From the NCBI GenBank assembly GCA_963752475.1, contig CAVVYR010000027.1, forward strand, positions 1 to 64,000: a stretch of DNA of 64,000 nt, in the 5' to 3' direction. How positions within the stretch are numbered: the first letter of the stretch is position 1; the number at the start of each line of letters is the position of its first letter. Source of the DNA: an uncultured Chloroflexia bacterium (GTDB lineage: Bacteria; Chloroflexota; Limnocylindria; Limnocylindrales; CSP1-4). Of this stretch, positions 9,311-17,612 are shown piece by piece. The position numbers and the translations under genes were made by a program. The notes under the pieces are model-generated. The model ran no database searches and was not told the DNA's origin. It saw nothing but the letters and a program-made list of their open reading frames with translations.

Positions 9311-10201
9311 CTAGCTGGTGCGAACCGACGGCGCGCCCACGGCGATCTGGCGGGTGGCCTGGTCGCGAGCGGCACGCATGAGGTGGGTGAGCAGGATGGC
9401 GTTGGTCAGCGGCCCCACGCCGCCGGGAACGGGGGTGATGGCGCTGGCGACTTCCGCGGCCGACTCGAAGTGCACATCGCCGACCAGCTGGTCGTCCACG
9501 ACGTTGATGCCGACGTCGACGACCACGGCCCCGTCCTTGAGCATCGAGCCGGTGACCATCTCGGCCCGGCCGATGGCCACGATGACCACGTCCGCCTCGC
9601 GCAGCACGGCCGGCAGGTCCCTGGTGCGCGAGTGGCAGGTGGTGACCGTGGCGTTCTCCCGCAGCAGCAGCTGGGCGGCGGGCTTGCCGATGACGTTGGA
9701 GCGACCGACCACGACCGCGTGGGACCCTGCCAGCTCGACACCCGAGCGCTTGAGCAGCTCGACCGAGGCATGCGCGGTGGCCGGCAGGTAGCCCTCGTAG
9801 CCGAGCGCGAGCAGGCCGGCGTTCAAGGGATGGATGCCGTCGATGTCCTTGCGCGGATCGAGTGTGTCAAGGACCACGCGCAGGGGGATGCAGTCGGGCA
9901 GGGGCTGCTGGACGATGATGCCCGCGACCCCCTGCTCGGCACCCAGGGCCTCGATGGTCCGGGCCAGCTCCGTTTCGGTGCAGTCACCCTCGAGCTCGAC
10001 GAGCCGGCCGCCGATGCCGACCTTCTCGCAGCCCCTGAGGATGCGCTCGAGGTAGACCATCGACGGAGCGTCGGCCCCGGCCACCACGATGGCCAACTCG
10101 GGGGTGTAGTCGAACTCATCCTTGAAGGCAGTGACGTCGGCCGCCACGCCCTCGCGGATCTCGGCTGCGACGGGTCCACCCTTGAGCAGCTCAGCCGTCA
10201 T
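9311..10201 (-). CDS. folD: Methylene-THF dehydrogenase/cyclohydrolase
   Basis: KDIDG, PAT, GRSNVIGKP, TPVPGGVGPLT. Confidence 0.97.
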   Translation of the reverse strand: MTAELLKGGPVAAEIREGVAADVTAFKDEFDYTPELAIVVAGADAPSMVYLERILRGCEKVGIGGRLVELEGDCTETELARTIEALGAEQGVAGIIVQQPLPDCIPLRVVLDTLDPRKDIDGIHPLNAGLLALGYEGYLPATAHASVELLKRSGVELAGSHAVVVGRSNVIGKPAAQLLLRENATVTTCHSRTRDLPAVLREADVVIVAIGRAEMVTGSMLKDGAVVVDVGINVVDDQLVGDVHFESAAEVASAITPVPGGVGPLTNAILLTHLMRAARDQATRQIAVGAPSVRTS

Positions 10202-10227
10202 CCCTTGTCCCTCCTGCCGTTCTGAGC

Positions 10228-11265
10228 CTAGCTCAGCTCACCGGCTCGGAAGGCTTCGATGAACCCCATGCCGAAGGCGTCCTCGCCGCTCAGCATCGCG
10301 CGGGCCAGCATGTAGGCCCTGGAGTCGCGGTCGGGGTTGAGCGCCGCGGCCACGTCGGCTACTGGGTCGATGATGCCGCTGTCCTGGCCGTTCTCGACGC
10401 ACATATCGAGGAACGTGTCGGTGATGATGCGGCGGGCCGGCAGGCCGAAGCTGATGTTGCTCACGCCGCCGGTGATGTGGATCTCGTCCCCGAAGCGCTC
10501 ACGGATGGTGCGCACCGCATCGAGGTAGGCCTGGCCGGCCATGGGATCGACGCCGATGGGGATGACCAGCGGGTCCACGTGCAGCGAGTCCTCGGGCAGG
10601 CCCTTCTCGAGGGCCATGCCGATGATCTGCTCTGCCCGCTCGACACGGTCCTGTGTGCCCGAGGGCATCGAGGCGCCGGTGCATGAGAGCACGACCGGCG
10701 TGCCGCGCTCCTTGACCAGGTCGAGCACGTCGGGGCGCTCGGTCGAGGCGGAGTTGATCATGGGCGTGGCACCGTCGGCCCAGGCAGGATCGATGGCGTC
10801 GAGGCCGGCTTCGAGCACGGCCGCGTCGGAAGAGTCGATCGACAGCGGCACGCTCGAGACGGGGCCGACGGCGGCCACCAGCCACTTCATGGCGTCGAGG
10901 CGACCGTCCACGTCTGAGCTGATCTCATCGACGTTGAGATCGAGGTAGTCGGCACCGCCGGCGATCTGACGCTGGGCCATCCAGGCCACGTAGCGGGCCG
11001 CCACATCCGCCTCTGTGCCAGCCGCAAGGCCCTGCCGGACAGCGGCCATCACGTGCTTGATGCGCTCGCTGGTGGTGAACTCCTTCGATCCGAGGATGGA
11101 GTCGGGGAGGGGCACCCACGACTCACCATCCCCGTCTGGGAAGCGCACGCCCGGGCGACCGTCGGGAGCGACCCCGCCGCGGATGCCCTCGCGCTTGACG
11201 ATGCGGCTGCAGTGGATGTTCTCGCCGATGATGATGAACTCGGTGCCACCTGCGGCCGTCTTCAT
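10228..11265 (-). CDS. Pterin-binding methyl-THF:corrinoid methyltransferase (AcsE/MeTr-like)
   Basis: IIIGENI, GADYLDLNV, PLSIDS, INS, DPLVIP, GGVSNISFGLP; start overlaps the upstream gene. Confidence 0.88.
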   Translation of the reverse strand: MKTAAGGTEFIIIGENIHCSRIVKREGIRGGVAPDGRPGVRFPDGDGESWVPLPDSILGSKEFTTSERIKHVMAAVRQGLAAGTEADVAARYVAWMAQRQIAGGADYLDLNVDEISSDVDGRLDAMKWLVAAVGPVSSVPLSIDSSDAAVLEAGLDAIDPAWADGATPMINSASTERPDVLDLVKERGTPVVLSCTGASMPSGTQDRVERAEQIIGMALEKGLPEDSLHVDPLVIPIGVDPMAGQAYLDAVRTIRERFGDEIHITGGVSNISFGLPARRIITDTFLDMCVENGQDSGIIDPVADVAAALNPDRDSRAYMLARAMLSGEDAFGMGFIEAFRAGELS

Positions 11266-12749
11266 GTTTCCTCTCCTTGGTTCTCTCGGGCGTAGTGATC
11301 GCGCCCCAGGAACGTGTTGGCCCAGGCGCTGGTGCCGCGCAACGCGTTGTCCTGGAGGACCGGTGCGCGGTCGAGCATGGTCATGGCCTCGTCGTACGGA
11401 CGGAGGCGGTCGTAGGCGACGGCCCAGACGCAGGGCTTGCCGGGCACTTCGCACTCACCGTCGATGGAGCCGCCGCAGGGGCCGTTGCGCTGGTTCTTGG
11501 CGCAGGCGCCCTCGGGGCACTGGTAGGCGATATCCGGCAGCGAGCAGTCGCCGCAGTCCTTGCAGTCGAACATCGGCACCTTGACCGCCTGCTCCAGGAC
11601 GTGGGCGGGCCACATCAGGCGGGACTTCTCGAGCGTGCCGTACGCCTTCGCGCCCATCTTGAAGCCCCGCGACCCGGGCTCGAAGGCGACGTCGTGCACG
11701 AGGCGGTTGAAGCGGTACCAGAGCGGCACGCGCTTGGTCTTGGTCGGGGGTGTCGGAACGGCCGAGGCCAGCTGCGGCAGATCACCCTGCTCGTACATGC
11801 GGTACGGCCTGGCCTCGGGAAAGTGGATGTCCGGGAGCACGGCCTGCCAGTCCTGCTGGAACTCGTTAGCCATGCTCAGGACCTTGTCGACCTCACCGGC
11901 GTTGCGCTGGCCGGCGAGGTAGGCGCCGGCGTAGCCCATGCCACGCACCACGGCGACCTGCTTGGCCGCGAACTCGAGGAAGGCGGCACGGCCCTTGTCG
12001 TCGGCCGCGGCCTGCTCCTCGGCCCAGGCCATCTGCGCCTCGCTCAGGCGGATGCCTGGGACACCGTCCCGATGGAAGACCTTGGCCACGCCCTTGGAGA
12101 GGACGTAGATCGAGGCCATCAGCGGGATGGGGCGCAGCTGTTCGCGGTTCCACTGCAGCAGCTCCGACCATGAGCGCGTGTCGTAGCCGACCTGGGTGAT
12201 AGCCACGTCGGCGCCGGCCTTGATCTTCATGGCCAGCTTGAGGTACTGCGGCACGAGGTCCGCCTCGACGGCCTTGAAGGGGTTGATGGCACAGCCGATG
12301 GTGAAGCCGGGGCCGGTGCTCCCGGCGTCGCGCAGCATCGAGATGAGCCCGACCGAGTCGATGTCGAAGACCGCCCGCGAGCGGCCGTGGAAGCCCTCCT
12401 TGGGGTAGTCGCCCGAAAGTGCGAGGGTGTTGGTCAGGCCCTCGCTGGCCAGCCCGTAGACGGTCGACTGGAGGGCGGCGCGGCTGCGATCGCGGCAGGC
12501 GAGGTGGACCACGCACTCACCACCCATGCCCTGGATGGCCTGGCCCAGGGTGAGCGGGCCGAGCCGGACGAAGCCGCCGGCGTTGTCGGTGACGGTGAGG
12601 GCCGTGACACGTTCGTCGGCGATGAGTTCACGGGCGGTCTCGCGGTGGCGCTCGCCGGCCTCGTCCTGAAGGGGACCGGCCCACGGCACGAGCTCCACGA
12701 GGGTGGTGCTGCCGTCGTCGCGCGCGAGTGATTCCGCGAACTTGCCCAT
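11262..12749 (-). CDS. metF: Methylene-THF reductase with fused C-terminal Cys-rich MetV-like domain
   Basis: VTDNAGG, HLACRDR, LALSGD, KIKAGA..ITQ; C-terminal CKDCGDC..C..CAKNQRNGPCGG..C..C. Confidence 0.88.
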   Translation of the reverse strand: MGKFAESLARDDGSTTLVELVPWAGPLQDEAGERHRETARELIADERVTALTVTDNAGGFVRLGPLTLGQAIQGMGGECVVHLACRDRSRAALQSTVYGLASEGLTNTLALSGDYPKEGFHGRSRAVFDIDSVGLISMLRDAGSTGPGFTIGCAINPFKAVEADLVPQYLKLAMKIKAGADVAITQVGYDTRSWSELLQWNREQLRPIPLMASIYVLSKGVAKVFHRDGVPGIRLSEAQMAWAEEQAAADDKGRAAFLEFAAKQVAVVRGMGYAGAYLAGQRNAGEVDKVLSMANEFQQDWQAVLPDIHFPEARPYRMYEQGDLPQLASAVPTPPTKTKRVPLWYRFNRLVHDVAFEPGSRGFKMGAKAYGTLEKSRLMWPAHVLEQAVKVPMFDCKDCGDCSLPDIAYQCPEGACAKNQRNGPCGGSIDGECEVPGKPCVWAVAYDRLRPYDEAMTMLDRAPVLQDNALRGTSAWANTFLGRDHYARENQGEET

Positions 12750-12812
12750 CGATCCTCCATCCTGCGAGAGCCACTTGGCTCAGGCTGGAAGGTATCGTTC
12801 CCGGTCACGCAC

Positions 12813-12826
12813 GTCAACCGGTTGAC
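12813..12826. promoter_or_regulatory. LacI-type operator palindrome GTCAACCGGTTGAC
   Basis: Perfect 14-bp palindrome with central CG between divergent metF and lacI genes. Confidence 0.65.
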
Positions 12827-12887
12827 CAACAAAGGGTCCGGATGGCACGGTAGGGACGTCCGAACGGACTTCCGGAGCAGGGGAACG

Positions 12888-13907
12888 ATGGCGCGAGGAA
12901 CCGGCAGAGCGACGATCACGGACGTGGCCCGCGAGGCCGGCGTCGACCGTGCCGTGGTGTCCAAGGTGCTCTCGGACGATCCCGGTTTGCGGGTGCGCGA
13001 TGAGACGCGTGAACGCGTCCGGGCTGCTGCCGCCGCGCTCGACTACCGGCCCAACTTCCACGCTCGTGGCCTCGCTCGTGCACGCGCCGGCGCCCTGGGC
13101 CTGTTGGTGCCGGCAGGGGATCCGTTGATGGTGCCGGTCATCGCCGGCGCAGAGGAGGCGGCGGACGAGCGGGGCCTGCTGCTGTGGACCGCGTACCACG
13201 ACGGGGAACTGACCGAACGCTCCCTGCGTCTGCTGCAGAGCGGGGCCGTCGATGCGGCGCTGGTGGCCGGCCTGCGCGCGGGCTATCACGCCGATGCGCT
13301 GCTGCGCGACCCGCGCGTGCCCACGCTGCTGGTCGACCGACGCACCGTGGGCTCCGATCGCTGGATCATCGTCGACGACGAGGGGGCCGCCCGCGTCGCG
13401 ACCGAGCACCTCATCGCCCAGGGCCACACGCGCATCGGCTGGGCCGGCGGTCGTGCCGGTGTCGATACCGCCCAGCGCCGGGCCAACGGTATCCGCGACG
13501 CCATGGCCGCGGCCGACCTCTGGCTCGACCCGTCGTGGGTCGTGGCCGCCGACTACACGCCAGAGGGTGGGGCCAGGGCCGTGGCCGAGATCCTGCAGAG
13601 CGAGCTGCGCCCCACCGCCATCGTGGCCGCCGATCCCAACGAGGCGCTTGGCGCCTGGCACGAGCTGGAGCGACGCGGGTTGCGCGTGCCGGATGACATC
13701 TCGCTCGTGGCCATCGGGAAGCTGCCCGCGGAGGACTACCGTGTGGACCCGCTCACCTGCGTCGAGATGCCGCTGAATCGTTTGGGCCGCCTGTCGGTGG
13801 AGCTCGTGCTCGACAACCCCTGGGACCGGCCCATCCGCGAGGTCCTCGCCGATGGCTTCGTCATCTCCGATGGCGCCACGGTGGCACCGCCTGGCGAGGG
13901 TGACTGA
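12888..13907 (+). CDS. LacI family regulator
   Basis: TITDVAREAGV..YRPN..ARGL; VPDDISLV; PLTCV. Confidence 0.95.
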   Translation: MARGTGRATITDVAREAGVDRAVVSKVLSDDPGLRVRDETRERVRAAAAALDYRPNFHARGLARARAGALGLLVPAGDPLMVPVIAGAEEAADERGLLLWTAYHDGELTERSLRLLQSGAVDAALVAGLRAGYHADALLRDPRVPTLLVDRRTVGSDRWIIVDDEGAARVATEHLIAQGHTRIGWAGGRAGVDTAQRRANGIRDAMAAADLWLDPSWVVAADYTPEGGARAVAEILQSELRPTAIVAADPNEALGAWHELERRGLRVPDDISLVAIGKLPAEDYRVDPLTCVEMPLNRLGRLSVELVLDNPWDRPIREVLADGFVISDGATVAPPGEGD

Positions 13908-14221
13908 GCGCGCAGAGGAGGAGGGCTCGATGCGCCGTTCGCCACATCCTGGATCCCGCTTGGTGCACCTGACCGCGCGCGCTGCGGCACCGACCCGCGT
14001 GGCGTCGGAGCGCTGACGCTGCTCAGCCACGTTCCGTTCTCGGCCAAGGCGCGAGTCGAACCGCCCGCCGGTGCCCCTGGAGGGTGGTCGTCAGGAACAA
14101 CCCTGTCGTGGCGCTCGATGGCCGCACATCTCGGCACATGGTGTCGTGCTCTACGCACCTCACGCATCCGGCCGCGAAGTGCCCGGCAAGCAGTGTCTGA
14201 TTCGACGGGCGGGGCATCGAA

Positions 14222-14760
14222 TCATGGCCATGGAGTGAGCTCGGGCAGGACCGCTGCTATGAGCGGAACCGCGCGCTTGAGCCCGATGACTTCGCCGAGC
14301 GCTGCCTGAACGATCCAGTCGCGTGCGGCCTGTGTTCGGAATGCCCACGCTGCCACGGCTCGACGCGCCGGACCGAAGGAGGTGCTCCCCCTACGCGAGC
14401 GAGATGCCTCCGCCAGGGATGACCGGGTCAGGGCCGAACACGTGACGATCGAGACGACGGCCAGCGCTACGGCACGTCCCGTCCACTCGATGACCAGGAT
14501 CGCAGCTGGATCCTCCGGGTCCGCGGCGTCCGACACATCCGAAGCGGTCACCGCGGCCGACGCGACCGCTTCGGTGATACGCCGGAGGTGTGGCACGTCG
14601 ACGCCCGCATAGGGGGCGGCCTGGCCCGCTGCTGCGATCCTGGTGCCGCTGGCGATCGCCTCCACGTGGCCCACTATGCCGCGTCCGCACCATGCAGACA
14701 TGAGCCAATTCAGGCCCAGAGTCGAGGCCGTCATGGACGACCATCTTGACCTTGCGGCGC
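14222..14760 (-). pseudogene. Degraded ROK-family kinase, C-terminal remnant
   Basis: ELAHV, GHVEAIASGT, PDPVIPGGGIS, AALG..GL.RAVPLIAA spread across frames. Confidence 0.6.
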
Positions 14761-14929
14761 GGAGCCGCGTCGTTCTAATCCGAGCCGCTGAGGCGTTTGT
14801 GATGCACCTCATCGCGAGCTACCGCGCGGGCTGGCAACTGCTCGTCTGCCGGGATTGGCGGGAGCGCGGCTGACTCGCAGCAACTCGCGGGCGAGCCCAC
14901 TGCCCACTGCGCCCACGATCTGCGCTCGC

Positions 14930-15305
14930 GGATCGCTTCCACGCACCGACGGTGGTGACGGGTCTACGACCGGGCATGTAACTGATGGAGGAGGAGACGT
15001 CCGGCCCGGTCGCCCCGGTGCTGCGGTTCGAGGACGAGGCCAGCGCCATCGCCATGGCCAACGATACGCCCTACGGCCTGGCCGCCTATCTCTACACCCG
15101 CGATGTCTCCCGCCTCATCCGGGTCGCCGAAGCGCTCGAGTACGGCATCATCGGCGCCAATGACGGGCTACCGTCTACGGCTCAGGCACCGTTCGGCGGC
15201 ATGAAGGAATCCGGGCTCGGCCGCGAGGGCGGCAAGTGGGGGCTGGAGGAGTACCTGGAGACGAAGTACATCTCCATCGGCATCGAGGCCACGCCGCCGG
15301 GCTGA
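14930..15305 (+). pseudogene. Aldehyde dehydrogenase (GabD-like) C-terminal fragment
   Basis: [35 protein letters not shown]; N-terminal three quarters missing. Confidence 0.85.
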
Positions 15306-15327
15306 GCTCGAGAGGCGAGCCAGACGA

Positions 15328-16569
15328 TCAGCCCAAACCGATGGCGCGGTCGATCGGCTCCTGGTATGCAGCGATCCGCCCCGCCCTGACATCCTCTGTG
15401 TCGACCTCGCAACCCGCGAGAGTCGACTCGCCGATCGCCAAGGCGACCGCCAGATCTTGCATGCCATCGGCGAGGCTCACCTCCGGTCGGACTCTGTCAT
15501 CGATGGCTCTACACCAGTCGAGGTACTGCGCTGCGAACGCGTCGCCGGTGCCGCCCGCATCGACCCACTCACGCAGGCGGGCATCACTGGCAAGGTCGAG
15601 GACCTCTCCAAGCTGATGGTGATTGCCCGTCGCGGTGACATGGGTGTCATCGTGCAGAGCACCGTGGGATCCCATCACGTGAAGCTTCCCGTCCTCTGTC
15701 CGGGCACCACGCACGGCCCATGAGTAGCTCATCGTGCCGATGGCCCCACCCCGGAACGACACCGTGGCGGCGTAGGTGTCATCTGCGTCACACGATGTGG
15801 GCGTGCCCATCGAGGTGTATCGGACCGCCTCGAATGTGACGGCTCTAGCAGCCACGGCCTCGATCCGGCCGACCACGAAACCCAGACGGTGGGCCATATG
15901 GACACCCATGTCGATCGAGGCGCCGCCGCCAGCCGTGGCGAGGCGATGTCGCCAGGGAGTGTCTGCTGCCACGCGGTCCGGGGCCCACTCGGAGGGCCCT
16001 GCCCAGAACCAGTCCACGAGCCGCGGCTGGCCGATACCACCATCTGCGATGAAAAGATGCGCCAGCCTCGAAGCCCGGTCGAAGTGCAGGTTCTCCATCA
16101 CGCTGACGACGCTGCCCGGACGCCGCGCTGCCGCATCCTCGATGGCTCGCGCCGCTGCCATGGAGATCGCGACCGGCTTCTGGATCATCACGTGCAGTCC
16201 AGCTTCCAAGGCGGCGATCGCGGCCTCGTGGTGGAGGCGCACAGGGAGCAGGATGTCGAGCGCGTCGACGACACGGGCCCGGAGCATCGACTCGAGGTCA
16301 TCGAAGATGAGCGGCTCGAACGGCTGGACCTCGCTGATCGGCATTGGTGGCAACGCAAGTGGGTCCCCGCTGCGGCTGGCGCTGGCTTCGGGCTGCGGCC
16401 GTGCACCGATCCCAAGGGCCGCCGCTGCCTGCTCGGGCCGGGAAGACACGACCGCCGCGATGCGCACGTGCTCCGCCCCCGCATCGCGCGCCAGCTGGTA
16501 GCCCCGGAGGTGTGCCGCCAGTATCCGGCCTGTGCCCACGATGCCGACACGTAGCGGCCGCCGCGTCAT
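15328..16569 (-). CDS. Gfo/Idh/MocA oxidoreductase
   Basis: VGIVGTG, HVMIQKP, GGGASIDMGVH. Confidence 0.9.
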   Translation of the reverse strand: MTRRPLRVGIVGTGRILAAHLRGYQLARDAGAEHVRIAAVVSSRPEQAAAALGIGARPQPEASASRSGDPLALPPMPISEVQPFEPLIFDDLESMLRARVVDALDILLPVRLHHEAAIAALEAGLHVMIQKPVAISMAAARAIEDAAARRPGSVVSVMENLHFDRASRLAHLFIADGGIGQPRLVDWFWAGPSEWAPDRVAADTPWRHRLATAGGGASIDMGVHMAHRLGFVVGRIEAVAARAVTFEAVRYTSMGTPTSCDADDTYAATVSFRGGAIGTMSYSWAVRGARTEDGKLHVMGSHGALHDDTHVTATGNHHQLGEVLDLASDARLREWVDAGGTGDAFAAQYLDWCRAIDDRVRPEVSLADGMQDLAVALAIGESTLAGCEVDTEDVRAGRIAAYQEPIDRAIGLG

Positions 16570-17612
16570 CGAGACCCCGGCTCCACGGCCACGGAGCAGC
16601 CCTGCTCGTGGGACCGCAGCCCGGCCCCCATCACATGCGAGATGCGTTGGGCCGTTCGCAGGTCCACCCACCGATCGAACCGGCGCCCAGAGGAGAGGCG
16701 ATCGATGAAGTGCCCGACGGCTGAACGGAAGTCAGGCGGCAAGTCAGGGATATCCAGGGTTCGACCTAGCGGGTTGGTGGCGTCGCGGTGGACCAACCGT
16801 GCGTCACCGACCGGCTCGGCGCCCTCACGTGGGACGAAGGGCAGGCGGACGGCCACAGAGCCGGCCGTCCCCCGGACAACGAGGACATCGTCCGGGATGG
16901 CGCCGACATACGACCATCCGACCTCGAGTACCGATACGCCATGTTGGTGCTCGAGGACCAGGACGGCGTCCGTCGTCGATCCGCGGGATTCGTCCGTCGT
17001 CGAGAGCGTGGCATGAACACGGAGCGGCATGCCCAAGGCTCGCTCGGCGAGGAGGACCGCGTAGCCCGCGTAGTCGGTATAGGCCCCTTCGCCTGCCTCG
17101 GTCGGATCGCGCAGCCATCGGACGAAGGCATCGGAGCAGCCGAAGGCCTCTGGTCCGCTGTTCCCGAGTCGGACGTTGAGTCGCACGACCGAGCCGATGA
17201 GGCCATTGCGAACGAGCTGCAGAGCATGGCGGAGCGCCGGGACCCACGCCAGGGGCCAGTTGACCATGACCGGCAGTCCGGCTGCATCAGCCGCCTCGAC
17301 GATCGCATCGCCTGCCGATGCGTCAACTGCCAGCGGCTTCTCGAGCATGAGTGGGACCGATGAGCGGACACACGCCTCGACGGCTGCAAGGTGTCCGCGT
17401 GTCGAACCGCAGGCAATCGCGCAGGTCGCTCCGTCGAGCACTTCGTCGATGGAGTCGCACACAGATACCTGCCCGGGGGCAAGGCCCCCGAGCACGTCGG
17501 TGTCTGTCTCGAACACTCGCACGGACTCCACTCCTGCCTCGTGCTGGAGCGACGACAGATGCGTCCAAGCGTGGTCGTGCGACAGCCCGATGAAGGCAAC
17601 GACGTGCTTCAT
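16566..17612 (-). CDS. Gfo/Idh/MocA oxidoreductase
   Basis: GLSHDH, MLEKPLA, VNWP, GAYTDYAGY. Confidence 0.85.
   Translation of the reverse strand: MKHVVAFIGLSHDHAWTHLSSLQHEAGVESVRVFETDTDVLGGLAPGQVSVCDSIDEVLDGATCAIACGSTRGHLAAVEACVRSSVPLMLEKPLAVDASAGDAIVEAADAAGLPVMVNWPLAWVPALRHALQLVRNGLIGSVVRLNVRLGNSGPEAFGCSDAFVRWLRDPTEAGEGAYTDYAGYAVLLAERALGMPLRVHATLSTTDESRGSTTDAVLVLEHQHGVSVLEVGWSYVGAIPDDVLVVRGTAGSVAVRLPFVPREGAEPVGDARLVHRDATNPLGRTLDIPDLPPDFRSAVGHFIDRLSSGRRFDRWVDLRTAQRISHVMGAGLRSHEQGCSVAVEPGSR

Noticed and set aside
7792-9381. Long antisense and alternate-frame ORFs (also 3176..4321, 5090..6349, 12780..14030, 42108..43256)
   Set aside because: Shadow ORFs of high-GC genes with no recognisable motifs.
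556-10231. CTAG recurring at gene ends as insertion scars
   Set aside because: Explained by C-ending codons preceding TAG stops.
6931-12749. Autotrophic Wood-Ljungdahl pathway
   Set aside because: No CODH/ACS, CFeSP or formate dehydrogenase in the window; cannot be claimed.
12750-12890. Cobalamin, SAM or ZTP riboswitch ahead of the C1 operon
   Set aside because: The intergenic region is short and shows no recognisable consensus.
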